A stretch of 58,946 bases of DNA, counting the filler, from Dugesia japonica (taxonomy: Eukaryota), in the NCBI GenBank assembly GCA_001938525.1. It is 5 parts of 5 records of this genome, joined end to end, with 100 filler letters (N's around TTAATTAATTAA, not from the genome) between each part and the next. Parts side by side here need not be neighbours in the genome. Positions count along the whole stretch, not along the records: positions 19,334 to 31,672 come from MQRL01606499.1; positions 31,773 to 40,151 come from MQRL01495708.1; 3 more parts are not named here. One strand, written 5' to 3'. The notes under the pieces are model-generated. The model had not been told where the DNA came from and ran no database searches. It was given only the letters and a program-made list of their open reading frames with translations. A program made the translations under genes and the position numbers. This document shows, piece after piece, positions 22,627-36,980 of the stretch. How positions within the stretch are numbered: the first letter of the stretch is position 1; every line of letters begins with the position of its first letter.

Positions 22627-25600
22627 ATTTCGAAGTTTGTGCTCCATATTTTTCCGAGATGCGATGGGTTTTATTTTAATGTTTGATTTGACAAATGAAG
22701 ACAGCTTACTTAATATTCGTGAGTGGATGAACATTCTCAAGGCCAACGCTTATTGTGATCAACCTGACATAATTTTAGTTGGTAATAAGGCTGATTTACC
22801 ACGATCAGTTACAGAGGAAGCTGCAAGAAAAGTAGCTGAAGAGTTTAAGTAAAATACTTTATCCTTTTAATTATAATAATGATAATAATAATAATACTAA
22901 TATTAATAAAATTTATATTAATAATAATAAGTTTGGGGTCTATTCTAAGTTAACTCAGTTTATTTTGGTCTCTAGGGTGTTGTTCACTGTTAATTCGGTA
23001 AAACTCAAAATAAAGTAGGTGTGGTGTCCCAATCCAGACTTTCGGAAAGAAACCAGTGAGACACTCCATAGAAAGTGCTTTCTTGGATTTCTTTCATTCC
23101 TATTTTGAATTATTATTAATTTGTCGTTTTTTGAGTTGAGTTGATTAAAAATAAAAATTAAAAATCATTAAAATTAAAAGTAAAAAAAATTAGCCAATAA
23201 AATTTCGATAAAATTTAAAGAATTGAATAACAAAGATCTATTGTATTGAATACCTCAAGAAGCCAACATGTTCCTGAAGAAGACTATTGTCGAAAATTTG
23301 AACCTTTTTACAAATAAATTTTTTTTTAATCGAAGCTTTTTCTTTTTTAATGAAAAGAAAACTTAATTAAAATATTTCTTAGATAAATTATCAAAGATTA
23401 AAAATAAACAATTCAATAAAAATGAATTTTATTTTTACAAAATTCTCAAGCTCCACAATATTAATTAAGCATTATGTATTTATATTCTTTTCCATAAAAT
23501 AATCTTTCAAGAAGCATAATGCATCTATAGAATTGTCCCCTAGCTTATTTCTTAATTTAGAGCCAAATATATTAGCAATAGAAAATGCTCGCTCTCAATC
23601 TAAACTCGTAGGTTTGATATTTAAAATTATTTCCTTAACCTGCTTGAGATATTTACCCATAACGCCTCCTCTGAAAATGTGGTGCACTTCATCTTTTTAG
23701 TATTAGAGAGGATTGAATTTTGCTTTAAGGCATTTTCTAATCTTTTATTATATAAATAAAGCAAACTATCTTCTTCATGCAAATTATCATATTGGTTGCT
23801 GTTCTCATCGAGATCATTACTGAAAAGAAACGTAAAATGATCTAAAATAGCCTTTTCCATTTTGTGCATCGTCATATTAAAAATAATTCCATACTTTTGA
23901 GGAGTATCCATTTTTTACATTAAGATAAAGTAGTATTTCACCTAACATTTATTCTAATTAATAACTGATTTTTTATAATTGAAGCAAAGTTAGAATTTAA
24001 ACTTGTCAGCTCATCTAACAAAAACATAAAAACAAGATCTGCTCTGTAAAGATCAGTGTCTCTGCGGCAGAGAACTTCGTCGGTTGATTTTACTTACAAC
24101 AGGGTTTTAAATATTTCAGTTGTGAATGCGACTTCGCGATCACTAAATGTAATATCTTTCTTTAAATCAATTAAAGCTTTTTTTCGGATCAACGAATGAC
24201 AGAAATGATCCTTGAATATCACATAGACAATTATTCATAAAGTCTACACTTTTTATATCTAACTAAAACATAAATCTTTTTTAATAATTTTGTTTTTCTA
24301 AAACATTTTTTTGGCTGAATAAAATTTGTAAGTAAAATAATTATGCGGTAATCTGTAATACCGTTTACCGAAAATGGAAACCCTAGCCGCGATTTAATTC
24401 AAACTTGACATGCTACACTCAACATATGACTTCCATATTGAAATTTATTAATTATTTATTTTTATGTAATTAAATTATGTAAATTGCTCCTCTAATGAAT
24501 GTTATCGATGTTTTTTGTACGATTCTTTTATAGACAAATGTATATATATCAGTTAATTATAGTCGAATCTTGATATCACGACATCTAAGGGGACTCGGTC
24601 CGTGTGTGATTACATCAAGAGTGTTGTTATATCTTGATTTTACCATATTGAATTTGAAGTCTTATAGTTTGGTCTTCAAACTTAAAACAAGAAGCACATA
24701 GATATATTGAACAGAAAGATAGAAAATGATTGGTTAGCATATTAAACAGATAAATGGGGTTATTAAATGATTTGGTAATTTTAAGGAGTTAAAAATATAA
24801 AAGATTTGGTTTTAAATAAACAATGAGGTTGGAAAAGTCTTAAAGCAACAAATATGTTTGTGATAAAGACATAATAATATGCTCATAGAACCACATAACA
24901 GTTTGAAATAAATTCTAAATTATTAAAATGTAAAAATCGATATACGTTATCTAAAGAATGAACAAAATAATCATCTTTAAAAAACATTATTCTATTCGTT
25001 TTGCTGGTAATTAAATAAACTTCTTTGTTTTAATGCTTTAAACCGAATATTCTCCAATTATAGTTCAAATCAAATTTATAGTACGTTTTCAATATTGCAG
25101 AATCATTCTCATTACAATCTAAATAGTGATACGCAATATTCTAAGCTTGGTAAGCTTTTTGACTCTATACTTGTGTTGGTTTGAATTCTTTGACTGCTTC
25201 AGTACTCTCAAAGATATGATCATGCTTATCGTAGGTTACCGATATTACAACCTCTTTTAATGACATGACACCATTAGTAACTAATTTCTGTTCTACAGTG
25301 ATATATTCCTCCAAGTTGAAATTGTTATTTAAATGAACTTTTTATTCCAAAGCAAATTAAGTTCATCATCATCAATATTCATTTTAACCTCTTCTAGAAA
25401 TTCTTCAGAATTAATGATTTTGATTTTCTCAAGGTATGTTTAGATAAAATCTACTATCCTAGTGTTCCATATTTGTCGAATTATGTGTAGCGTAGCATAA
25501 AGATTAAACATAGATTATGTCTTGACATATATCGCTTCAATTTCTTTACGTAATAATCATTCACATTTTCAATATCATTGGCTTTGTCTTAGTCGATGTG

Positions 25601-28600
25601 TTAGGTAAGAAGAATTTTAATTTGATGTAATACAAATGAATATTTGGTGGATAGGCTGAGCAGTTATCAATAAATAGCAGACCTTTTATAATATTACCCT
25701 CCAAATGTTTATTTTCATTTGTTAGATGAGTTTGGAGAACTCATCTGATCATTAATATCAAAACTCGATTCCATAACAAAATTTATTCTCAAAAAAAACT
25801 ATAAACATAAATTTGCTTTTTTCAAACAAATTTAAAAATTTATATTTAAAAGCAAAAATAATAAATATAAAATAGTGTTTGAGTTTCTAGGTGATATGAA
25901 CATTTCTGCAAAATTTTATAGATATTATATGATTGCTTCTTATAGAGAAGTCACTAAATTTAACTCTGTAAAAAAACACTTAAATTCAAGTTTGATAGGG
26001 CCATCATATGATGGTTTGGTTGAGAGTGAAAACGCTCCAATTGCAGTTGAAAGCTTCCCGTCTTTAATAAGGCATTGTATTTATTTGTGTGAACCTATTC
26101 TAGAAGAGTATGAAGTTTTTTGGCCATGGCTTTTCCGTCCTTGAAGGAGATCAAGTGATTTCTACCAGAGATTCAAACGATGACTTGTAAAAAAATTCAT
26201 GCTCATTGCGCGTAAATTTCACATAAATATTTAGAATGTGATAGAGGTATATGATTGCACCATGAATCTAAGACCGCCAACACTTTGAAGGGGGATTTGG
26301 GGGTATTGAGGAGAGCCAATCTAGTGCTTCGTCAATTGAGCAAAGTTTTAAACTATTCATGGGCTTAGTGGCGGCATAAATTAAGTCATGGCTAGCTACA
26401 TCTCGTACACTCTCATATGGACAAACATTCATCTGGAGTACTTGTACGAGAAATTGTACAGAGTATTCCTCCATCATTAGTATAGGACCGACCCCACTTA
26501 GTTTATTGGAACTATAGATCTAGTTTGAAAGGGCGGTTGCAGAAACGAAAAAAGGTTTTTCTAAATTAGATACGTATGCAATTGTCTATTCACTGGGTCC
26601 TCTTTGAATGACTGCTGCAGTCAAATTTGCTGAGAGTAATGCGGAGAGAAATGTTGAAATTCCTAAAGGCAAATGTGAATTGCGAATGTAAAAATGTTTT
26701 ATATTCGTTAATCTTATTCCAGGGATATAGAACCGAGCTAGTAATTTTATTAAGATTTCTGACAGATTTTTCAAACATTTCCGAAAATGTTCCTGTTTAA
26801 AATCGATCCCCAATTAGCGGTAAGAATCCATATTCTTAAGCTTGGGTATAGTTTTATTCTTAATAAAAATTTGAGCAAGTTCGATATTTATTAGACAAGG
26901 TAAATAGCGCATTTGCTGAGCCAAAAATCAAGGGCAGATCAGTTGGAAAATTTTACAGTGATATGACCATATCCTGCAGGCTAAGCTTGGAGGAAGTTAC
27001 AAATGCCAAGTCATATGCTAAGCAATATATTGAATATAACGCACATCTAACACTGGCCCCATGAGTTTTGGAAATTTCATTAATGCCGATGATAAACAAC
27101 ATAGACAGTCCTGTTCAACCCCCATTATGTAAGCAATAGAATTGGTAGAAGTTATATTGCAAATGTAATAGCTGGAGGACTCGTAATACAGCGCTCTGAT
27201 TAAACGGGTAGCTTTTTTGATCACCCTTATTCTTGTGAGCAGACNAAGAATGTGTTTGATTGTGATGCTCCAGAATGCGTCAGCTTTATCTAGGAAAGCT
27301 ATATGAAAGTTTAACTGCGGAAAAATATTTGACAGAATTTTGCTTTGGTTGTAGGTACACCAATTGAAATTTTAGAGACTAAAATATTTGAAAAGTTAAA
27401 TGGAAGTTAATAATGTATTTAGTATATATCTATAATAAAATATAAATAAAAATAAGATAACTAGTTTTTGGTTTACTGCTTTTTTATTGAGGCTCTTGCA
27501 AATAATCATAATTATCAGATTGGCTACTAAGCAGGTTTTCGATTTTCAGGTCTGTTTTATATAATAGAAATAACTTTTGTTTTTTAAATTTGTTATAGTG
27601 CTTGTTTACATTTTGGAGCATTGAAAAAAATATATTTGTGTAGTTCTTTTAATAATAATNATGATGTATTCTCGAGCAGACAACTCGATTGTCACATTAG
27701 ATATCCCGATTAATGGATTTAATTCTATTAAACTTAAGAAATATTTAATGATTGTTAATAATATATTTTAGAAAAATCTTTATTTTATTAAAATAAAAAT
27801 ATATTTCATTAATCAGGACATCTTCGTATTGCAAATAAGGTAAGAAAAATAAATAAACTTCCCTAAATTTAAACATTTTATTTAGGTATTTACTTATTTA
27901 ATTTTTTAAGAAGGTAAAAATTAAATTTGCTAATGTAAATTAAATGGTTTACAATCAAGATTTTAAAAGATTGTTAAAATTTTATTGTTAGTATTTTAAA
28001 CAACATAAAATTTGTAATATATTTAAAGATTTGGAATAAAATATTATTATTTTTTAACCGTAAACTTTTTTATAAATTAATCGATTAATTAATGACAAAC
28101 AAAGAAAGCTACGTATACTAAAGGTTCCCTTAAACTTTATTTTTTTCTTGAAAACAGGCAGAATGTCGATATTTTATAATAGTTGTTTTAAAATTATTAC
28201 TTCTTTGAAATTGATTACTAGTTTCAATTTTCTTTTAAAATTGTTGCTGTTTTCATTGAAATTTAGTTCGAAACTTTGTTATTAGTTTGCTTAAATTGTT
28301 GCAAATTACAACATTTATTATTCTTGGACTTAGACAACATATGTGATCCTACGAAAAGGTTCAGAGGATTTAGATCTGGTGAATGTGGGGATATTCTTCC
28401 TTCGGAAAAAAGTCAACCAAATTTTCTTGACATCAAGCTTGAGTAAGATTTGCTGTGTGAAAAGAGACTCCGTATTGCTGAAAGCAGTAGTAATTATCTT
28501 GAAACATTTTTACTGCATTGGCTTTACATTTCAAAACTTCCTCTTATTAGGAATTTGCATTACTTTTCACTGCCTTTTTCGAAGAAAATAAGCGATAGTT

Positions 28601-31481
28601 TGCTTCTAGAGTTGATAGTGGCTCAAACCATGATTTACCCAGCATTGTAAAATCTAGCTGCATATATTTTATCTTTTGATATGTCATCAGTTCTGACAAA
28701 CCAGACTTTATCATTCTAAAAGTTGTGAAATTGCTCCAGAACGAATAGCTTTTCAAGAGAATAGACTATTTCATCATCAGCACGCCAAACTAAAATACTT
28801 ACATTTTTCAAGGTGTTTTTGTTTTAAGAGTATTGAAACTCGGTGAACTTTTCATTTTTCTAATGGTTTTAGTTTCAGGTCATTTCTAAATATTTATCTG
28901 ACACTTTTGCGGTTAATTTTAAGGTCTCTTACTGTTTCTCTAGTAGATTGAAAGCAATTTTGTCAGACGTGTTTTCTGATTTCTTTAATGGCTTTTGGAA
29001 TCGTTGTGGTGTGCGGATATCGTTTTTTGGATGGTTTTATGGTTGTACTTCCCTTTTAGTAAGAGATTGATTGTTCGATTTTCCATAACTCTTGCCACAC
29101 CAACGTCTTTTACCAAGACAACCAACACGTACGTCATTAAATTTGGATATCTATCAACAAAGAATTACGATTTTTCTTTAATAGAATCGTAAAGCACTTA
29201 GACATTTTTAAATTATTCTACCGGGCAAACAAGTTACAACTGATATGTACTATTATCAAATGACTCGTTTATCAGCCGGTTTAAGTGATAAATATCTGAT
29301 TTTGCCCAATAGAAAATGTGTTCTTATTCACGATGAGTATGCTTAACCACCTACTGCAATCAAAACCCTCCATATTTTCTGACATTGCTCCTTCGGAATA
29401 TTTCCTATTTAAATCTTTGCAAAATTATTTAGTCCAAAAATAATTTGGTGATTCCAGTTTTGTTAAATAGTATCTTGTGATTTTATTTGACTCTAAACAC
29501 GTAAACATTTTTTCTAAAGATGTAGATCGTTTCCTAGGACGATGCAGGCAAATTACAGAATGTAACTGAAATTTTAATTTAAAATAATTTCAGAATTTTT
29601 AATTTTTTTACAATTTAAAAGAGTTCTAAGATGATTTTAATTAATAAATTTTACATGATTTAATGAAACATTTAATTAATTTGAATTAAATAATTAATTA
29701 AATTTGTAGATGATAAACTAATTTAATTTTAAAATTCGGTCGAAAGTAAGATTTACTTAAAATTTAAAATAAATAAAAAGCAATAAATAAAAATAATAAA
29801 TAAAATAAATTTAAAAAATTATTCTAATTTAGATATTAGTTTTGAAGAATGATAACTTGTTTAAATAATGGAAATTTTTAGAATCAAATTATAATGGAAT
29901 TTGATAATGCTGTTATTGAAACTACATAGTCTGCGGACGTTTGTCTACCACAAAAATACAAGAATAAGAAATATAGCTCGTAAAATATGACGATAAAATA
30001 TGATATAATCTATTAAAATAAATGAAAATTTTAAATTATTAAAAATGTAAAAATAAATTATCAAATTTATATCTATAAAAGGTATATTGCTTGCGATTAA
30101 AAATTAAATGTTCACGAGTTCATCAAATTACGAAATCTCTGTTGATATATCTTTATATACCTTTCTTGTATCAATCGGAATGATACATTCAATAAAATGA
30201 TCCATCTTTAGTTCATTAAAATGTTCTTAATTAATTACTTGATGAATTTACATTTTAAAGAATGATTTGCACTTGAAAAGTCTGAATCCATCAATATATC
30301 TTAGCATTTTTAAAATTTTATGCTGACTCAATAAAAATATCTGACACAAAATCTTCAAACAATTAGAAACGTTTTCTTCAAAATGAAAGACAAAATGTAT
30401 TTTGTATGTTTTTATATTTAGGGTGTCAATAAATGTTAATTAATTTTACGATAAAAATGATGTTTAATAAAGAAGTTATTGTTGTAAACAGTGCTTCTTT
30501 TAATAGGAGTCACGTGCAATTTTGGTAGATTTTCAGCCCCCTCCGCTATATCGTCATATTTCGTCACATAAATTCAGATCCCATTCGAATCTGACATCAC
30601 AAAGTTCTGACCTCCTAAAAAAAGAAACAAATCACCATTACTTTTCTTATCATTGTACTGTACAGATGTGCAATATTATATAGTACATTTCTATATTTTA
30701 AAGTTTTCAAGTTGTGAATCATTTTGATTTACAATGTGATGTCGCATTTCTAAATTTTCCCGTCACAAATATCTGTACCCCACTCCTAGTTGCGTGACGT
30801 AATTTAAGGACGGCCCTAGAGTAAAGTAAATCTTTTGTTAAACAAAATCTTTTAAACAAAACTTTTATCTTAATACACATTTTAAATTTTTACTAATTAG
30901 ATTGGTATTATAGGGGAGAATTCAAAACTTTGAGCACTTCAATATTTCACTGATAACTATTCTGATTGTGATTTCTGCAACTTAGAACAATCTCTAGATT
31001 TTGAATTCTGATGCACATTAAATTTTTGGAAAATTTATTCAATAATTTTAAATAAATTTTTCAATAAATAAATGTAGACATGCTACCAAGAAATAAAGAA
31101 TTAATAGTTGAAACCACTGGTGAAAGATATAATTAGTACTTGCAAATTAACAAATTAATTATAATAATTTAATTGATATCGATTTTATTTAGTTTTATTT
31201 TTTAATTTATTTCTTTAATTTAATATTTTATTTTATTTTAATTTTATATACTAAAATGAAATAATATTAAATTATTTTTATAATTTAGTTTGCCTTATAT
31301 GGAAACAAGTGCACTAAATGGAACTAGGGTTGAAGAAACAATGGATAAGCTTGTAAATATGGTAATGACAAGAATCGAAAACTCCATCAACAGTTATAAA
31401 ATTTCTCATCCATCTGAAGTTATTGTTTTAAAGAAAGATAAAAATAAACCAAAAAATGATAGTTTTTGTCCATTATGTTGA
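22627..31481 (+). CDS. Rab27: Rab27-like small GTPase, last two coding exons (22627-22848, 31289-31481)
   Basis: [41 protein letters not shown] is diagnostic of Rab27. Exon 2 has LPYMETSA (G5) and C-terminal Cys residues. AG/GT sites join in phase 2 (AA|T = Asn). The N-terminal exons were not found in this contig. Confidence 0.9.
23270..23303 (+). ncRNA. Minimal type I hammerhead ribozyme (best-preserved copy)
   Basis: gttc-CTGAAGA-a-gac tatt gtc-GAAA-at-TT-gaac. Stem I gttc/gaac, stem II gac/gtc, and a palindromic AAUU helix III. Followed by the Penelope-type ATCGAAGCTTTT..TTTTAATGAAA tail. Confidence 0.7.
23480..24385 (-). mobile_element. hAT transposon remnant
   Basis: [42 protein letters not shown] (hATC dimerisation motif), with a TAGGGTTTCC TIR-like start at ~24384. 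Confidence 0.7.
24560..25750 (-). mobile_element. Tigger-type DDE transposase remnant
   Basis: Minus strand [30 protein letters not shown], similar to LDNCSAHP...FLPPNTTS.LQP.D. TIR-like TAGTCGAATCTTGATATCACGA at ~24560. Confidence 0.7.
25950..27350 (-). mobile_element. Non-LTR (LINE) retrotransposon reverse transcriptase remnant
   Basis: [34 protein letters not shown] (LD..KAFD and GV.QG motifs), [15 protein letters not shown] (decayed YADD) and YR*LGIDF (Y.YLG). Contains stops and frameshifts. Confidence 0.8.
28330..29140 (-). mobile_element. Tc1/mariner (DD37D/maT-like) transposase remnant
   Basis: [23 protein letters not shown] and [11 protein letters not shown] motifs on the minus strand. 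Confidence 0.7.
29318..29570 (+). mobile_element. mariner transposase C-terminal fragment
   Basis: [21 protein letters not shown] resembles HPPYSPDLAPSDYHLFRSLQN. Confidence 0.75.
30505..30817. mobile_element. Non-autonomous DNA transposon (MITE-like) fragment
   Basis: Repeated GTCACA/GTGACG motifs, ending in GCGTGACGTAATTTAAGGACGGCCCT, a common MITE terminus type. Confidence 0.45.
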
Positions 31482-31672
31482 ATACTTAAACTTTATTCAG
31501 AAAATTATAATCTCCTTGATTTTTTCTTAAATATATTATAAAATATTTTTAACTATGTTTCATACAAAATATTACACTTAAGTGTGACTTAAAGACTTTC
31601 AATTTAATTATGAATTTCAAATTTTTCTGACCTCAATGAATCTTAATACACAACGTTTTAAAACTTTTGCTT

Positions 31673-31772
31673 NNNNNNNNNNNNNNNNNNNNNNNNNNNN
31701 NNNNNNNNNNNNNNNNTTAATTAATTAANNNNNNNNNNNNNNNNNNNNNNNNNNNNNNNNNNNNNNNNNNNN
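31673..31772. other. Artificial contig-joining spacer
   Basis: 44 N + TTAATTAATTAA + 44 N. Confidence 0.95.
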
Positions 31773-33659
31773 TATTATTATTATTATTATTTTATCATTG
31801 TTTAAACGTTTATAATTAATTTTTTACTGTAATTAAAAATAATTCGTTTTAATATATTTTTCTAACCGGAGATGGAAAAATAATCACAATAATTATTTTG
31901 ATAATAATTGTGAAATGTTTGCTGAATTTTACCATCTATTATTGCGTGTTTATAAACACTTTTAACAGTGATAATTATTTATTTATCTGCCAAATGATTT
32001 TTAATTGATGGCTTTTACATCTGAAATTTTATTACACTTCAGAATTGGAAGTTCTCTGAATTATTTTTCAAATTAAAACAGATCAGGTATTTTTGTTTCT
32101 CAATTGTATCTTCATTAGAAATCAAGCATTTTTGAACCAATAATTTTAATATTAATTGTAAGTCTTTACTATATAATATACATAAAAGTTTATTAGCTAT
32201 CAGCAACGGTTTAATGAAATGTTTCCCAACCTGGGCGATATTGCTCAAAAATGGTCGATCAAAAGTGAATGAGAAGATAGTGGGTAATGGTTAGCAATAA
32301 AAAGTTAGTTTATATAACTTGTATGACTCTTGAAAGTAGGACATCTGAGCATTAATATAACATCAACATAAAACTTCTACCTTTATTTTTTCACAAAATT
32401 TCAGTCAAAATTGCAAACTTTTGTTTTTATGCAGGAACCTCACTCCACCTTACAAGTAGTTGAATGCTTCGCTGCAACAGTGGTTGCAAAAGCACGATGC
32501 ACTCCTTATATGGTATTATTACTTAGTTATTTATTAGTGTAATTATTCATTAGTAACATTACATTTCAATGTAGTATTTAAATGGGTAGCAGAAATTAAG
32601 ACTAATGTTCAATAATTAGTTTTAAATTCAAACGAAATTCTGAAATTTTAATGTCATTAAACATTCAAAATTTCGATTTTTGCATTTAAATTTTTACATA
32701 TTATAAGTTCTAGATTTTGATTCAGTGTTCAAAACAATAAATCTTGTATGTCCTTTTGTCTTTCTTTAATAAATTCCCAATCGTACAAACACGATATTAA
32801 AAAACTAAAACTAGTAAAACATACTCCTTATGACGTCAGCTAACAATTAATTTTTCAAGCATGGTTGAGGTTGAGAAGCTAATTCATACAAACGCAAAAG
32901 AGAGTCCACAAATATACGGGATGTAACAAAGGGCGGAGTATAAAATATGACTTTAATGCGTACGTAATATATGAATAACACCTTGACCGAAAAAATTATG
33001 ACTTTTAGATAAGTGAAAAAATACAATAAAAACATGTAAAATTATTTAAATCCACTTGGAAAATTATTTATTATTAGTTATTTTAATTAAGTCTTTAATA
33101 AAACTCAAATTTTATATATAATATCTGAATAAACTAAATTATTAAAAATAGAATTGTAAATTAAAAATTACTATAAACAGAGAAATAAATAATATTAGAA
33201 GAACCAATAACTAGTGTGTTACTTTTCCCGACATTTTTTGACTCGCGGGATTCGGGATTGGAAAAAGTTGCTTCCCGGGANNNNNNNNNNTCCCGGGATT
33301 TCTCTGTTATTATGTTCTACAATAAAAAATTTTGATTTTTGTTTGTTTAAAATGAGAACACAAATCATATATATATGTTTATTTAAATTTTATTAAGCAG
33401 AATTTAACAAAAATATGAATAATATTTTAAATTTCAATTCCATTCAATCACATCAAATCACTTAAGTTTGATTTAAATCAAGAAAATTAATAACAAAAGA
33501 AACTATAAAAAAATAAATGAATTTAATTCATTTAAATTTAAGTTATTTAAGGAAAAAAATTAAAAATTTCGGAACACAACAAAATATATGCTATCTATTA
33601 ACTTATTATCGTATATTTGTTTATATTTTTTTGTTTTAGTTTTACCCAAATTGTTTTTT

Positions 33660-35760
33660 AAAAGAGCTTTGTGCGAAAGTAGTAGTTAGTAGTGCCAATT
33701 ATTATTTTTTTGCTTAGAGGACTACCCAAATGGACAGGCTCCGGTAGAAGAGGATATAGTTGGAGCCATCATCTAAGTACCATTAGCATTGTACCCCAAG
33801 GGAACGAGAAAAGTTAATTGAAGCACGGAGTGGCAGATAAAGTATATTTTTAAAGAGAGAAAAGACAAAAGAAGAAAGAGAAGATGCAATAGAAGTAATA
33901 AGAGATGTTTCAGAGACGATAATAAACTACGATAAAATGCAAGGTAGACCCAGTATCACAGTTGGACATATTTTTGAGTACTTTTAGATACAGTAGCTCG
34001 AATAAACGTGATAAGCTGGAAAACAGCAAAGATGTTGAAAGACATAGAGATCGCAAATTGCGAGGAAAACTGAGATGCGCTAATGATAATAGACTGGAGA
34101 CTATAGACAGAGTGACAATGGAAGTAAAAATTGAAGACATGTTAGGAAGGTTCAATTTATTATAGTCAGATTAGTGACCCCAGATATTATCAAGAGATTG
34201 AATTACAAAGGTAGTTAAGATTTGTGTTACGAAGGAACGGCCGATAAGATATAACAAGAGAAGAATATGGGAGCAAGAAAGAGCTTATATGCATTTTAGA
34301 AGCAAAATTTGGGTTACGTGTTAGCGATAGGTAGCGTTGGAAGCTTTGAAGATAGATGCAGACTCAGCGTTAGGTAACATCATACAAGCGTATAATGAAG
34401 CATTTATGGCTGATCACTAGGATATCCGTCGAACACACCTGACAAAACATGTGATCAGAACGACAGGCAAACCATTCCATATCCGACCATTCAGACAGCA
34501 TATGAACAGGGAAGAGAAGATTAAAGAGACCATCATAAATCTATATGAATTATCATAAAATGTCAATCCCCATAGAATATGACATTAATCTGCATCTAGA
34601 AAAGGGACAGATAGGAGGTAAGACTATGTTTGGAATTCAGACAAATCGTTGTGATGACCGCGAGATCGGCATTCCTGATGCCAAGTGTGGACGAACTTTT
34701 AAAACAACTTGGAGAGAAAAGATTCTTTAGCACAATCGACCTGGGTAATGCCTATTAAGAAAAAGAATCCCAGAATAAGATGGTATTCTCAACAAAAAAT
34801 AGTAAATTTCGTTTTGGATAGCGGGAGCGCCGGGTAGTTTCCAAAAGATCATGGACCAGGTAGTTGGTGATAGCTAGAATATATTATGGTTTTCCCCGAT
34901 AACGAGAAAATCATTATTATAGACTAAGACAGGAACTGAGTTGAATTAGAGAAGAATGGCTGAGGATCAATCCAAAAATTGCAAATTTTTTAGATAACAG
35001 GTAATATTTTTGGGTCACATTATCAGCAAAAAAGGAATATACACGGATCCAGGGAAAATGGATGCATCAGAAATTATAATAAACCAAAATGCATTAAAAC
35101 TTTAAGAAGCTTTTTAGGGATATGCAGTAATTACCGCAAATTCATAACGGGAAAAAGCAGAAATTCTAGACAGATGTCTGGAAGGAATAGTAAAAACTAG
35201 ACTGGAATAAAACGGCAGGGGAAACATTCGAGAATTTAAAGAATTTGCTTATTAAAAACCCAGTATTAACATTCCCTGACCTTACAAAAGATTTTATCTT
35301 CAACACAGTGGCCAGTTCCGACGCAATAGGCGTGGTGTTGGCACAGAAAGATGTCAACAATCATGAAAGAGGCTATTGCGAAACAAGGAAGGAACTTCTA
35401 GCGATATTTTACTTTTGTAAACATGTTTATTATTATTTATACTGTAGAAAGTTTCGACTACGCACAGACCACAAGGCACTATTATTTATGTTATCAACGA
35501 AGAAACCGATCACAGCGCGGTTTCAAAATTGATTGAATTTCCTTAGTAGCCTGGACATGAGTATTGAATATCGATAGGGGACCACATAGTAATGCGGATA
35601 TGGTGTCAAGGCTAGAATGTGAGACTTGCATACAATGCCAAAACCCAACACGAAGAAGCATAACTAGAGAAAACTTGGATACGGAGGCTGAATAAAGCAC
35701 CCGGACAGCCAGATATAAGGAATGTCAGATATCAAATAAAGATGTGCGTAGATATATGTG
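33660..35760 (+). mobile_element. Ty3/Gypsy pol remnant (gag end, protease, RT, RNase H)
   Basis: YPNGQAPVEEDIVGAI (same gag end as 6360-6405); LRCANDNRLET; RTHLTKHVIRTTGKPFHIRPFRQ; FSTIDLGNAY; GAPGSFQKIMDQV; FLGHIISKKGI.TDP; ASSDAIGVVLAQ..TRKELLAI..FRLRTDHKAL. Confidence 0.9.
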
Positions 35761-35939
35761 AACATATGCGGTACAAAAAACTAAAATTTTGATTGAAGCT
35801 TTAAATTTTAATGATTTCTAAAAAACGATCAATGGTTACCTCCAACAATTATTCTCGCAATAATTCTTGTAATTGTATAATAAATTGTTGATAAATTTAG
35901 TTCAGATTTTGATTAAGTTAACAATGATAATTGTTTTGC

Positions 35940-36980
35940 AAATAATTAACAAAATAAAATGTTAAATGAGAGTTACAGAGATTTATAAATTCATTAATAT
36001 TTTGATGTAAATGAAATTATAGATGATAATATCGATGAGAAAATTTTGACGATGGGTTGAAGGTCATCAACCAATAATAACCTAAAATAAAAGATGGACG
36101 AAATATAATCATAAGTATCTAGGATCGTGAGATGAAATGCCTTTTAGACATAGGTGTCCAAGTTAACGTATTCTCATAAACAATACTATATAAATTAGAA
36201 AACGCAGAAATAGTTAAAACAGATGAATTATTAAGATGTGCGAATGATAATAAATTAGAAACAATGTACAAAATTCATAATACTGTAAAATTAGAAAATG
36301 TAGAAAGTAATATTTGAAAGTGGTAAAAATTATTATTCCGGATATTATTTGAAGTATTGAATTTTCAAAATCAGTTCAGTACATAACTGGCATGGTAAAA
36401 CAAACGAAAGATAGTACAGAATATTTTATATGATATAGAAGCAAAGCATGGCAGGATAAAAGATTACAACTTGCAATAGAAATTTTGAAAGTGAGCAAAA
36501 ATAATAGATTAATGGAAATCGAAAATAATTAAAAATGTCTTCATGGCAGAAATGTTTGACTTCCATTGATAACAGAATCAAAACGAATAGAGGATCAATA
36601 AATATAAACCCAAGACGACCTGTAAATTAAGAAAAAATAAATGAGGCTGGGAAGAATTTAGAAGACAATGACATAATACCTTATAATACACATGTGTACG
36701 TAAGAAGGATCATATTTTGTCAAGATTTTAAACAATTTTGAAGAGATTTGATAAAGATTGTATAGTGCAAAATACTTTAACTCTATTGATACTGGCAGCG
36801 CTTGATAAGGAATCTCAATTAAAAACCGCTCCTGGAACATAACTAGAATTGATGAATAAGACATTAAGAGATATGGGCAGATGGAGTAATGGCATACTTA
36901 AACGACATTTGAATTTTTACAAATTCTATAGAAACACTATAATATATAAGAGAAAGTTTAAAGACAATAAAGAATAATAT
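35940..36980 (+). mobile_element. Second Gypsy protease/RT remnant
   Basis: CLLDIGVQVNVFS, LRCANDNKLET, YFNSIDTGSA and MAYLNDI (decayed YLDD). Confidence 0.7.

Noticed and set aside
25875-27350. GC-richer ORF fragments first considered an endogenous RNA-virus gene
   Set aside because: Minus-strand translation shows non-LTR RT motifs (FLD..AF, GV.Q, Y.LG), so it is a LINE remnant.
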